Shown here one piece after another: positions 25,079 to 37,104 of a stretch of 64,000 nucleotides of DNA; the first letter of the stretch is position 1; each line of letters starts with the position of its first letter. The notes beneath the pieces were generated by a model. That model was not told the origin of the DNA and made no database searches. It worked only from the letters and a program-made list of their open reading frames with translations. The position numbers were made by a program, and so were the translations under genes. The DNA is from Vitrella brassicaformis CCMP3155 (taxonomy: Eukaryota > Protista > Chromerida). The stretch covers positions 62,001-126,000 of the forward strand of contig CDMY01000738.1 in the NCBI GenBank assembly GCA_001179505.1. The letters are read 5' to 3'.

Positions 25079-28000
25079 TCATGTGTGCCCCTCACCATAT
25101 GAAAGCCCTTGCTCACTCTCATCCAACTGGCCCTCACCCAACACCCCCTCGCTGACACCGCCCGAGACGTGGGCCGCCATCATGCGCTCTACACCCGTCA
25201 TCAGCCTCTCCACATCGACACCGCCTTCATGCTCCGACTCGTAGGTCTGCGCAGATGTCTGGACAGACAAAAAGCGATGAGTACTGTCAGCAAAGGCTTC
25301 ACATCAAGGTTTTTTGCCTACCGAGCGTGGTCTGCCGTGTCTTTCCTTTTGTTTCGCATTTTCGTAAGCCGCATATAGCTCACGCCATCCCCCAATGTGC
25401 TCATGCGTCTCAAGAACGTCATCTGTGCCAGTGACCGATTGCACAAAGCTCTTGTCTTCTTCTGAAAGACAGGACGACACACCTGGAAAATGCTTGGTCA
25501 CTATTGTGAAACCCACTTGCAACGTTGCGCCCGGATGGACTCCTGACTTTCGGGCTCCTTGTGCGCTTGCTGAGGTGAATGTTTTCTTCGTACATGTTCT
25601 GAAACGTGACCAACTTGTCCACGACAAGCAGCAGTTTTGACTTTGAAATGAAGACACACATATACCCACACAAGCTGTGTGGACAAGAATGGAGGAGTGC
25701 CTCTACCGCGTCTACACCTGTAGGTCGTGCAATGTCATGCCGCTCTTGGCACAGTCAGCCGCAAACCTTCATTCACCGAGGCAGCACCCTCGATTGCACT
25801 TTGCTTCTCCACTGCATGTGACTCTGTGCTGACCTTTCAGAAGCCACGAAGGATTTGTCAGACTCCGCGAGATCCCTTACCCAAACAGAGCCTCGCCTCG
25901 TTTCCATTGTGCTCTGCTGACACAGCTGGCTGTGCGAGCTTTGGATGACCGGGCGCTCCTGGATGGCGACTGTGTCCACGGACGAGACCAGAGAGACACG
26001 CAATCCGATTTCTGCCAGCATTCTCCGCTCTCAGCTGACTTACCGTCCCGCGGCTCATCGGGAGAAATGCTTGGTTCCCGTCGCAGAGTCTGAAAAGTAA
26101 GCCAGCCATAGCAGTCTCACTCCATTCACTCCGCTTGTCTCACTTCCTTCTTCATGTATGGAGAGTGGAGGACAAAGCAATAGGACCAGAGGAAATCTAA
26201 GAAGTCCGGCGGGACCTGGCACGATCGATCGAGATGCAGAGCTTTTGTATCACACAGATTTTGTATCGGTCTCTCTGACCTCTTTGATTTGCAGCAGGTC
26301 GACGGCTTCTTGCATAGCTGCAGTCAGCATCCGCATCACCAACTCACGCTTTCTTGCAATCCACCACTCTTCCGTGCCCCCGCCACGGTACAGTGATTTC
26401 GCGAAGCGGACGACACCAGAGAGTCTGTCATACTGCGTCTTGCCGTGAATGACAATGTCAGGTGATGAAGCAGTGTTGTGTGACATGTTGTCGGTTGCAG
26501 GCTGTTCCATCAGGGAGAGTTTGCCGGTGTTCCAATCTAGCCAGACTTTGCCGAGCCTCATGCGTCGTTGCTCCTCCCTCCTTGTGTGCCACTCCAACAG
26601 CTGTCTCATGAGCCGGGATAAGCATGAGGCTATGGGCACGCAGGCAAGCACGGGGGCCTCTCGTAGGGAAAGTAGGGAGGAAAAGGCAGTCAGGCCTGCA
26701 GAACAAAGATGGAGATAGACACGGAGGTTCAGAATTATGTCAATGAGACAATTGCACCGCCCCACCGAATGTCGTGCGAACTCGTAGCGTCCGGTCGACG
26801 TTTTCCTTCTTTTCAGCAACTTGGGAGAGGGCATGGCGAAAGATAAGGGACAAGAGACTGAAGTAGTGGTAGAGGTTGAGAACCATGGCCAGCATCAACA
26901 TCGAGACGTTGATGTACACTGCATCTCCGCGATTCACATCTCTGGGAAACAGGGGCACGTGGCACATGCAAGGGCATGACAGAAGCCCTCAGAAATATAG
27001 TCCGTCTTGAGTGATCACCTGGCCTCATGAAGGATGACAGACAGCAGCATAATTGACGCCAGCCAGATGATGAGACCTTGGCTTTCCATCCGATTGAGGA
27101 GGTTCATATGTCGGTGATCAAAGGGCGAGACGATCAGGTGGGCCGTGAGGCAGATAAATGCAACAATGGCCCAACAATGCAGCTGGAGGTTTGGGTCGTT
27201 CACCACCATGTGCGAAATGAGCAGCACCAACACGCGCCTGCATCCATCCAGTAGGAAGACGGTGATCACACAATAGAAGCGGTCTTCAAAGTTTACCTCA
27301 GAGCGAACACAGCGTCCTGCACGCCAAGAGGCAAAGGAAAGAAGAATAGACAACAAGTTCAGACAAAACATGCTTCTTTCTTTCAAGTGTTTGTGACCCA
27401 GTAGGCGTACGCCCGTTTATATCCCTGTCGGTCAACAGACACGTATACACATATTTGCATCGCTTGCCATTCCCTTACTCTGGCGTTGGAAACAGGTCTT
27501 TACCTGGTAGAGAAACCCAAATCTCTGCGGAATGCAGAGAACACAGAGATGCTTCTATACCGTGGAGCCTCTCTCGTTGTGGTTCCGTACCTTGCGCATT
27601 TTGGGGGAGTGCAGCTGGTCATGAATGCAGCAGAGTAGCACCACGCCGATTATGACTGGCGAGAAGCTCCACAACATAAGGCCCAAAACACCGATTCGGA
27701 AGAAATTGAGATGCAGGCCTTCCTGGCACCGCAGGTCCGGATTGACGTCGGGCCACGAAAGCAACTTGTTGCTATCTTTAATTTTGTGCTCCCGACATCG
27801 CAGCAGCATCAGCATGTTCCTTGTGACCGTCGGATGCGTGAAAGTCAGTATGATGATGAACAATGCCGCCCGCTGGTCCGCAGCTGTCTTCATTCTAGCA
27901 CAGCAGTCTCGTCGGCCAACGCGGGCCACGTCGCGGGCCACGTCACGAGCCGCAACGTCGCGGGGCGTGTCGCGCGACTCGTCTCTGGCCACGTTGCGAG

Positions 28001-31000
28001 TCGCATCCTCCTGTGACGATGACCGCCGCTCGGCAGCTGTGGGTCGCCGTCGCCGCCAACAGCGTTGCAGACGTTTGTGACCCCACACGAAGACGGCGCC
28101 GATGGCTGGGATGACGATAAGGCAGACGAGCGGCACGGCAATCCAAGCCGCATGTCTCCACAGCACGGCATTATCGTCGCGATCCCACCGTGCTATGATG
28201 CACTCCCTGCAACACATAAACCACACACCCACATGTACACACAAAAGCGAACGGACGCGTCACACAACACACCAGGAGCCGTAGGCAAAGGGCATCCCTC
28301 CGTCCCAGGTGAAGAGGCGAGAAGTTGGCACGATGACCTTAGAGAGGTGCTTGACGTCGTAGGAAATCGATAGCACCAGCATGGCCAGCACACTTATCTG
28401 AAGAGAAAAGGCATTTGCAGATGCTCAGCTATGATGCATCCGCCTGCCTGCAACTATACCGATGTAAGATGGTTCAGGCCTAACTTGAAGAGTGCCTGTG
28501 GCAACAGGCAAACATACAGTAGTGACATACCAATACTAATGGAGAAATGGATTTACCGGAATCACGTCGTCGCGAGGCCTTGTCCCAGCTCTGCAGAAAA
28601 GGAGAAACCCAGATGGGCAGAGACACGGATGTGTGTACTTCTATGCGTGCACGCACCTTTCTGCAAGCCATGCGAGGCCGAAGATGGCCACGAGGGATGC
28701 GACAATCAGGGCAATGGCGGCCAGAATGTTCCAGTGTACTTCACCGCAAGGATGACACGGCTGTGTCGGCCCTCTTCTCGCATATTCCTTCTCGCACAGG
28801 CCACATACGAATCCCCGGTACTTGGATCCCTTCTCTGACTGCAAACATGGCCACAAATATGAGTAAACGTGGCTTATGCGCATCCCAACTTTACCAGGCA
28901 TTTAGTCAGCCCTGTGTCTTCGTCCACGCCATCACATGCTTGCTTGAATGGACAGGGAATCACCACAGGAAGCGTCGTATTTTTGGCAGCATATCTGCAA
29001 ATGAACACATGTGAAAGCTCCAATGCCACATGCCATACATATTTCCACTAGGCGCTCCTCACGTTGTCATTTTGTCGTCGTAGCTTAGCAGGTAAAACCC
29101 CTTCTTCGTGGGCACAAGGGAGCGATTCTTTATGGGTTCCTCGCAGTCGAGGCCCTGCATATCCTCGATGCACTTCTCGCATTTAAGTTTGTTGCTATGC
29201 CTGCGAAAGAGACACAGACACACAACAAGGAGATTTGCACGTCGCCTGTCAACTTCGGCTTACTTGATGAATCCATTTGTACAGTAACACAATTCCTTCT
29301 CTGTGCTGCCTTCTGGCGAGATTAGGTCGGCACCACACTGTTCGCAAGTTGCCTTGCCGTTTTCAATTTTGCCGTACTGTCCTGTAGCAACACAAAGCAC
29401 CACGTTGTTTTTGTCTTTGTGGAACCAGATGAACAATCTACGGACATACCTGAAGGGCACTTCCGACATATGTCGTCGTCTCTTTCATACCCTATCTCAC
29501 AATTCTTCTGGCACATTTTGGAGGCGTTTTTGAAATGGTCCTCTTTGCAGTCACACTCGTCTTTTCCAGCTTTAGACGCTGAAAGTACACGAAAAATATG
29601 AAACGTGCATGTCTCTTTGCCTCATTGGCGCCCTCACTCATTCCGTCTGCACATTCATGCCGCCACGCATTTCGTTTTCCCGCTCACTCTCTGTGTCTCG
29701 GCAGGGGTGGCACATGTGCGTGCCGGCATCGTGGTTTGAGTAAAAGCCAGCGGGGCACTCTTCGCACTTGTCTCCAGCACCACCATATCCAGGAATACAT
29801 CGACAGAGCGCGGTCGGGTTGATGCTATGGTCAAGCTGTGAGCGCAGCAGATGACCCATTTAAGGGGAAGATCACGTTATTCAATGCTCACGTGTATATC
29901 GTTCAATCTACCGCAGACACTCGTGCACTCGGACCCTTGGCCATTTGAGCCCCCGTTCTCGTCATCTGAGTCAGCAGGGAGACATGCAATGGAAATCATG
30001 ATGTCTCGTCCTCGCTTGCTATCTGCCTACTTCGTTCAGGCCAATTTGGGTTCCGAACAAGCGCCTGAATCCCTCTGTCACGCATAGCGGTCAGCTCAGC
30101 ACAGTCCTGAACGGCCAAGCCGTAAAGCACAATGTCCGTCACTGTCTCATGTGGTCACAAAGCTGTCGCTCACACCTTGATTTCCATTGTCGTGTTGACG
30201 AAGAGCCGCAGATTGGTGTTGTTCTTCAGATTCACGTACGAGGGCCAATCGGAGGGAGAATCCGGCACATCGAATCGCTCCAGGCTATTGTTGCGCAGGT
30301 CGATGTCACGCGCCAATTTTTTCAGCGGTTCACCACTCGTGTCAACCGCCGTGATATGGTTGAAGGCGAGAGTGAGGATGCCAGTCGCTGAAATGTGACA
30401 TAGCATTATTTCTTTTGGCGGTTCTGCAGAACGGCAGAATCAAGGTATGCAGACCTGCCAAAGCTTCGAAGCTGTCTTTCAATGTGACATAGCCCTGCTT
30501 TAGGCAATACAGGGGACAAGAAATGTGCTGTGTTTGTGCGTGTGTGGGCGTGTCTTGAGCACTGCTTACTGCCGAGCCACTCCATTCCACGGGTCGGCTG
30601 TCGACCAGCTCTTGAACGTCATCTCTGTCGAAGTGATGGAGAACGGCGCACGTCAAATTTCCCTTTAGCTGACACTCAGTGCAGGTGAGATTTGATAGGC
30701 TGCAAGAATAAGACAGAAGACAATGGGCCAATGCACTGGATCCACTCATGTGTCCCATTCACCTTGGCAGAGCCCGGAACCCTTGGAGAAAATCGGTGAC
30801 GTCGATGTGCAGACTGTTGAAGCTCACGTCGAGCTCACGCAACACAGGCCAATCGGGCGGATCCTTGGCAGACAACCACTCTTTGGCTTCAGACAACGTC
30901 GCTGAAGAGAGCGACAAACATGAGTCAGAAAAAAGACTACACGAGCAGGCTATTCACTGTCTTACAGATCCGGTCATTAGCACAATATCCTTTGGCCGTT

Positions 31001-33197
31001 TCAAACCACTCTGGCCACGTGGTTGCAGTGAAGCTGTTGTTGCTCAAACGGAGCTTCTTTGCAGCAGGAAGGTAATGCCAGCTTGCTGGGATGATGGCAA
31101 GGGCGTTGGTGTCAAAATTGATATCTTCCAGGCTGAATAACGGAAATTCAGAAAAGGTCAACGTGCGTTTTTGTGTGTCTCCTTTTCCGTTGCTGACGTC
31201 TCGGGGAGGAATCCGTTGCCGGTGAAGCCCTCAATGCGATTGCAACTCAGGTCTACCGTTCTGAGTCTCTTGATAGGGGACAGGGATGGCAGCGTGCCGG
31301 TCATATTGTTGTTGCTTAACGAGAGTTTCGTCAGGTTTGTCCACTTGTCGAGCGAGGATGGAAGGGCTCCCAGACTGCCCGATACAGAGTTCAAAGCACA
31401 TGAGCAGTGTGTCGTTCGGTCGACGGAAAGACCGTACTTGTTGTTGTCAGCGACAAGCTCTTTCAGTTCTGCGCACTCCGCCAGCCCATCAGGGACTGGT
31501 CCATTAAACTGTTGGCAAGCAATGTCAGACACAAAATTCACATGCCCTGGTCCTGCTTTTCTAGACCTTGTTATGGCTCAAATGAAGTTTCTTTAGCTGT
31601 GGAGGCAATCCGAGGGCGTCCAAGGTCCCCGATAGCTTGTTCCACTCCAAATATAGCTCCCTCAGTTGCGAGAAGTTGCCCCACTGCTCAGGAATGGTGC
31701 CATTGAGGTTGTTGTATCCAAGATCCAGGTGGTCTAGGTTGGTCAGCAAGCCCCACTCTGGAGGAAGGCCGCCGGAGAAGCCCTCATCCGCCTTGCCTTG
31801 GCTGTGAAGGTCGATGCGACGTATGTTTTTTGCCTTGCTGAGAGATGCGGGGAGGAACCCTGACAGCTGCAATTAAAACAGCAGATCGCCTTTTGCTCTC
31901 CAAATTCATGTCTCTCCTTGCTCTACGCGTCTCTTGACTTGCCTGATTTTCTTGGAGCTCTAGCTCCTCGAGATCGGGCCAGTTTGAGCCAAAGCCGTCA
32001 GGCAGGCTGCCATATAGAGAATTGCTCTGGAGTCTGAGATGTCTTAAGCGGGTTAGATTTCTGAGAAACATCGGGATACGCCCAGAGAGATTGTTCCTCT
32101 GCAGATCAAGGGTCTCGAGATGGTGAAGCTCTCCCAATGAGTTCGGTATGAGACCGCTCAGACTGACATTCTCGAGCACAAGCGACGTCAGATTGTGCCC
32201 GAGGGTGGAAGGGATGCTGCCAAGGTGCAAACCGGCCCGCTCGAGCGTCAGGTACTTGATTTGCATCAGGTTGGCGACGGAGAACGGTCCATTAAGCGCT
32301 GCATCGGTGATACCGAGCAGCTCGAGGGAGGGAAGATTCAAATAAGGCAATTGCCCGGAGAAGCTCAAAGATTTCTGTGACGAGCCGATGATGTCGAGCG
32401 CCTTGAGAGAAGTCAGCTTGTTGATGGATTTGGGGATTGTTCCATTCATAATTGTCCTCCTGATGTAGAGCAGGCGTAGAGACGTCATGTTGCCGACTTC
32501 GTCCATCAGCTGGCCCTCAAAAGGCACGCTGGAAATCCACAGACCGAGGATGTGCTTCAGCTCATAAATGTCCCGCGGGAAATCTACCGTCGTCCTCAGG
32601 TTCGCCCGCCACTCTGTCACTTCAAATCCACCCCCACGGTTGCCCCACAGTAGCTGCGAGGAATCAATCAACAAACAAACACATGGGGGGAGAGAGAGAG
32701 ACAGTGTGCGACGCTGTGCGTGTGTGTGTGTTTGTGTTTGTGTGCGTGTGTGGGTTGCTGACCAGCAGATACCCCTCAGCCCCGTCAGGCAGGCGGATGC
32801 ACACAATGAACGAGGCATTACAGAAGTCCACCGCAAAGGCGCTCCTGTCAGTCTCGTTGACGAGACCAATCTTCGCTAGCAACCTGCTGAGTGCATCAGC
32901 ATCCGCCTGGCAAGGACCACACTCAGAGGTTGAGAGGTCTTCCATTTCGTCCAGTGGCAGGATGAGTGAGGTGCGGGATGAATTGCCCGTTGCGGTGACC
33001 GTGGGCCGGAAGACCACTAAATCAGAGAGCAGATCCCACTTGTCGCAGCGTGTCCACTTGCCGTGCCACTGGCAGCTCCCGCTCGGTTGCTGAGCCCGTC
33101 GTGTCAGCAGACCCCGACGACCCCTCGAAGGGGCCGCTTGGACACTGAGAAGAGCCGCGAGAAGAAGCTGCACAAGCCGAAAAGAACAATCCATCAT
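25079..33197 (-). CDS. Large receptor-like membrane protein: signal peptide, plant-type LRR ectodomain, Cys-rich CxxC repeats, multi-pass TM region, cytoplasmic tail; 3' end uncertain
   Basis: MMDCSFRLVQLLLAALLSVQA leader; LRRs such as LETLDLQRNNLSGRIPMFLRNLTRLRHLRLQSNSLYGSLP and LDHLDLGYNNLNGTIP; CRCIPGYGGAGDKCEECPAGFYS, CEQCGADLISPEGS; GFVCGLCEKEYAR...CHPC then hydrophobic segments (NILAAIALIVASLVAIF, WIAVPLVCLIVIPAIGAVFVW, LFIIILTFTHPTVT, GVLGLMLWSFSPVIIGVVLL, RRVLVLLI, MESQGLIIWLASIMLL). Confidence 0.85.
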
Positions 33198-33699
33198 CGC
33201 CAACCACCTGCCTAAGCCACTGGCAGAAGCATCATCTTGCCCCAAGCCCCCATCGCCCCCATCATTGTCTGGGTTTCATACCCTGCAACCCCAGAAACCC
33301 TGCTGCCAACAGTGAGTCGCCTCAAAACATCTTCTCCTGCCATTATCATCGGTACGCATATGCACTTAAGTCCATCAGCGACCAGCAATATGAAGAACAC
33401 TCAGTGACAAACCACTGGATGCAGAATTCGCTATATTGAGAAATGGAGTTTTATACTGAAGTCGGAGTTCTGACATTTGCTCCACGAAACGCTTGCAGTG
33501 CGTCATCAATCACTATTTCGACGTATGCCAATCATTCTATCGATCACGACATACCACATCCACAAAACTGCACGGAAGCCATGATTTGTATAATAAATGT
33601 ATGCAGCTAGCGAGCAGCATGGATGACACAGACAGACAGACAGACAGACACACCGGCAAACAGACAGGCAGACAGGCCCACAGGCCGACAGGCACACAG

Positions 33700-34576
33700 G
33701 CAGACTCTCACACGCCAACATAGATGAGACAGGAAACACAAGGCTAGCATCACACAGGGTGGCAGATTGCGGCACTCGGCAAGGCCCAGTGTGATGCCGG
33801 CACATGCAAGCGACCTTTCCCGGCCTGCGACATGGGTATCCGGACAGAAGTTCTGGTGGCACGACAGGAAGAAGCTGATCTGGGTGGTGGAGGCACAGGT
33901 CGTGTTTGACTCGCCGTTGATGCTGTTGATGTATGTGGAGATGTTGTCGGGGGAGACCTCTCTTGCGCCTGTCATTGCCTTGACGCCCTCCTTGACTTGC
34001 TCGTAGGAACGGATGAACTCGGAGCCGTCTCTTGCCTTCTCTTCCGTCTTGCCTTCTCCTCCATGCCTGCAGCACACACCACACATACACGGAAGACACT
34101 TCATGGTGTTTCTGTGTGCTGTGCATGAGCAAAAGAGTCGGAACACACACTGGAGGGGGGGCAGGTGGGCTGGTTGGCGCGGCCTCATCTACCCCCCCTT
34201 CCGCCGGGCGGAGGGGGGGGTAGATGAGGCCGCGCCAACCAGCCCACCGACCCCCCCTCCCGTGTGTGTTTTGACGCGTAGCTGTCTTCCCCGCATTTCT
34301 CGCCCACGTACCCATGCGCAGGGCCTGCACATCAGCCGCTGACTTGATGCCTTCCATCACCTTGACCGAGAAGTAGTGGAGCAGGTCGACCAGCTTGGAA
34401 GGAAGGGGCTTGCCGGCGTCGAGATACTTGAGGAACTTGCCGAAGACAACGAGGGCTGCGTGTCGGCCGTTGATGAAGTCGTAGTAGACCTTGCATTCGT
34501 GCGTCTGCTCTCGCTGATACACGACCGCGATGTAGCCGGGCGAGAAATTGCTGACGTCGTCCTTGATGAGGGAATC
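33700..34576 (-). CDS. Spliced hypothetical ORF or gene fragment inside the TIR element
   Basis: Protein-like exon 34576-34312 (DSLIKDDVSNFSPGYIAVVYQREQTHECKVYYDFINGRHAALVVFGKFLKYLDAG...) ending at a GTACGT donor; second exon from ~34066 (...SEFIRSYEQVKEGVKAMTGAREVSPDNISTYINSING...). Phases do not join cleanly. Confidence 0.45.
34142..34270. repeat. 129-bp near-perfect palindrome (64-bp arms, 1-nt centre, 4 mismatches)
   Basis: Left arm 34142-34205 aligns to the reverse complement of 34207-34270 with mismatches at arm positions 10, 21, 22 and 58. Confidence 0.95.
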
Positions 34577-35209
34577 CTTACTTCATCCAGATGCACGAGA
34601 GATGCGTCGATGCCCTTGCGTGAGGTTTAGCGACGGCGTAAAGCGTTGCTCAGAGGAAAGCCGTTGCTTTCGGCCATTTGCTCGTCCATCTCCGCTTGGG
34701 TCTCCTCAGCTTGGCGTAATGGGGCTGCAGAGAAGCGAGTGTCGTCATCTCCAGGAGGTCGGCATCCGGCCCATCCATCATGTCAGCAGCTGCACGTGAT
34801 GCTGAAAGGCGTCCTCTACCCTCGGTAAGCCGTTTCGAAGGCCGGAAGCTTCACCCAGATCTGCGAAGCTAAGCTCGCAGTCTGTGAGCTCGAGATGGAG
34901 AATGCAGAATGGAGAATGACTTCTGTCACAAAACGTCAAAACTCCGACTTCAATATAAAACTCCATTTCTCAATATAGCGAATTGCAGTCAGAAGGGCAG
35001 GCAGGTAGATCAGGCGAGGAAACAACAACAAACAAAAACACATGCCCTCCCATGTGTGTGGCCTCCCTGTCAGGTTTGGCGACGGCGTGAGTCACCTCGG
35101 CTTGTACTGTAGGAGGTGGGAGAGGAAGGATGGACGGAACAGCCGTGTTCATACGCACCTGTACTCTTTTGTCTGCAGGTAGTCTGCGGACGGCCGCGGG
35201 GTCAAGAAG

Positions 35210-36689
35210 ATGAACAGACTCGGTTGGCTGTTGCCCTGGAAATGCCGTCACGATTATGAGCGAGTGCCGGCCGATGCTGCTGATGAATGTGAGATGGTTT
35301 CCCTGCTGTCGGTGGCCATCGCTGGCGAAGATCAAACGCTGCCTGCAGACGTCCTGGGCCTGGTGGTGTCCTTCCTCCCTGTCGACGTCGCTGTGATGAC
35401 TCGGGCGGTCGGCAAGCCATACAGCTCTCAGCTGATTGACGAGACCTTCCTATGGCGCATCGACAGCTCCCTCGCCCAGCAGCAGCTCACGGGCCTCATC
35501 GACGTGGAGAGGGACCGCGGCATCGACCCCTCGGCCCCTCCGCTGCCGCCATCCCTCTCGCGGCTTGGGTATCTCGCTCGCTGCGCCTACGTCATCGAGC
35601 AGGCGGCTGAGTGGCCCACGATGGCCACACTCATCAAGGTCGCAGGTGTCTGCGGTGTGGCTGGCCAGCTGCCCCTGGTGCTGTCGGCTGAGTTTATGGC
35701 GGCCCATCTGCCGGACAAGGCCATTTTTCACCGGCTTCCGACTGCAATGGCCATCTACAACGCACTGAGCTACGCGCCGCCCGACGCCAACGACGGAGCA
35801 GCAGGAGGGTTGCAGCTGAGGGAGGTCGACAACAGAGTGGAGGCCTCCTTGTTGGTCGTGCCGGCCACGATACTGTCTCGGGTCCTGCTTGCAGCATTCT
35901 ACGTCATCTGCTTGGCGGCCCTCGCGTGTGTCATTGCCGAGACGGCTCTCAAACTATTTCTTCATATGTGAGTATTTCCTTGGTGACGTGGCCACGGGCA
36001 GTATCCTATTCTGGGTCACCTCTATCTGTGTGTCCTTGCTGGTACTCACCATGGCCTTCTGCGTCTGCTTCTTGGCCTCCATGGGGATCACAAGTCTCGT
36101 CCGGCGCGTCCACAAGCGTCTGAGGCTCGTCCAGCACTATGGCATCGGCTCGATGACATTTCGCATCATCGGCCGGGATGAGCTGCTCTGCTTTCGCCCC
36201 TTTCTCTGGCGGGCCTATCGCCGCCTCGACCCGCCCGTCACGCTGGTCAGCTTTGGTGATATCTACCCCTCCTTCAGCTCATTTGCGCTTCACACGCTGT
36301 TGTTAGAAGGCGCATTCGATACCACCCTGAGGGTGGTTCTCGAGGGCCAGGTGAACTCGTGGAATGCCAGGGGGGGGGGTTCCTCGCTCTATACTGACGG
36401 CTCCTTGAGCGGCCACAGCGACGTCCTGGTTATCGACAGGCGATGGAGCCAGGGAGTCTTATTGGAGATCGTAGATGACATTTTTTTGAGGCGTCGCTGC
36501 ATGGTTGTGGTCCTATTGCTGGGTGGTGGGTCTGTGGTGGCCTCCGTATCCCTTGGTGACAGGTACATAATGGTCAGGACCACCGAGGTGGAGGCGGCGG
36601 GCGGAGAGGCTGTCGATGAGCGGCTCCCTCTCACCATGGCTGCTGTGAGGCGATTCGGGCTGGAGCACCTCATTGATGGCCAACCGTGA
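35210..36689 (+). pseudogene. Lineage-specific family protein with internal hydrophobic segments, split by an apparent frameshift near 35940-35970
   Basis: Two overlapping protein-like ORFs (35210-35971 and 35889-36689) in different frames; N-terminal LPADVLGLVVSFLP motif; hydrophobic stretches on both sides of the frame switch. Confidence 0.5.
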
Positions 36690-37104
36690 TGAGCAAGCTG
36701 TTTGTGTGCGTGAAGGGCCGTCCAGTCTGACTTACGTGTCTGTGCATGTTTGGCTGAGTGGGTGGATGTGACTGACGACGATTTGTTTACTTGACGTCTC
36801 TCACGATGATGCCTTTTGATTGACGTGCCCCTCTCTCTGTGGGGGTGTGGGGGTGTCACGTCAAGAGACCGCGATGGACGAAGAGAACAGCAACGGTCCA
36901 GCTGCAGATGCACAGATGCACTGCCCGTGGCGTCATTTCGAGCTCGTGTGTATCGGAAAACGAATGTCGTTCGCTGTCGAGCTCGCGTGGGGGCGTCTCT
37001 GCTCGTCTATTGTTCTGCATCACTGAGTCTCAGACGCCGCTACAATACATTAAATCAAATTTTGTCGGTTCACTTTCTTTGTCGGTTGTCGCGGGAAGCA
37101 GAGG

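Larger units (their letters stand above)
33425..34984. mobile_element. Non-autonomous TIR DNA element (1560 bp) with 54-bp terminal inverted repeats
   Basis: 33425-33478 AATTCGCTATATTGAGAAATGGAGTTTTATACTGAAGTCGGAGTTCTGACATTT vs reverse complement of 34931-34984: 51/54 identical. GCAG lies directly outside both ends (33421-33424, 34985-34988). No transposase recognised inside. Confidence 0.85.

Noticed and set aside
33506-34522. 338-aa single ORF in the TIR element
   Set aside because: It reads through the hairpin-containing intron and microsatellite text; only the first ~70 residues look like real coding sequence.
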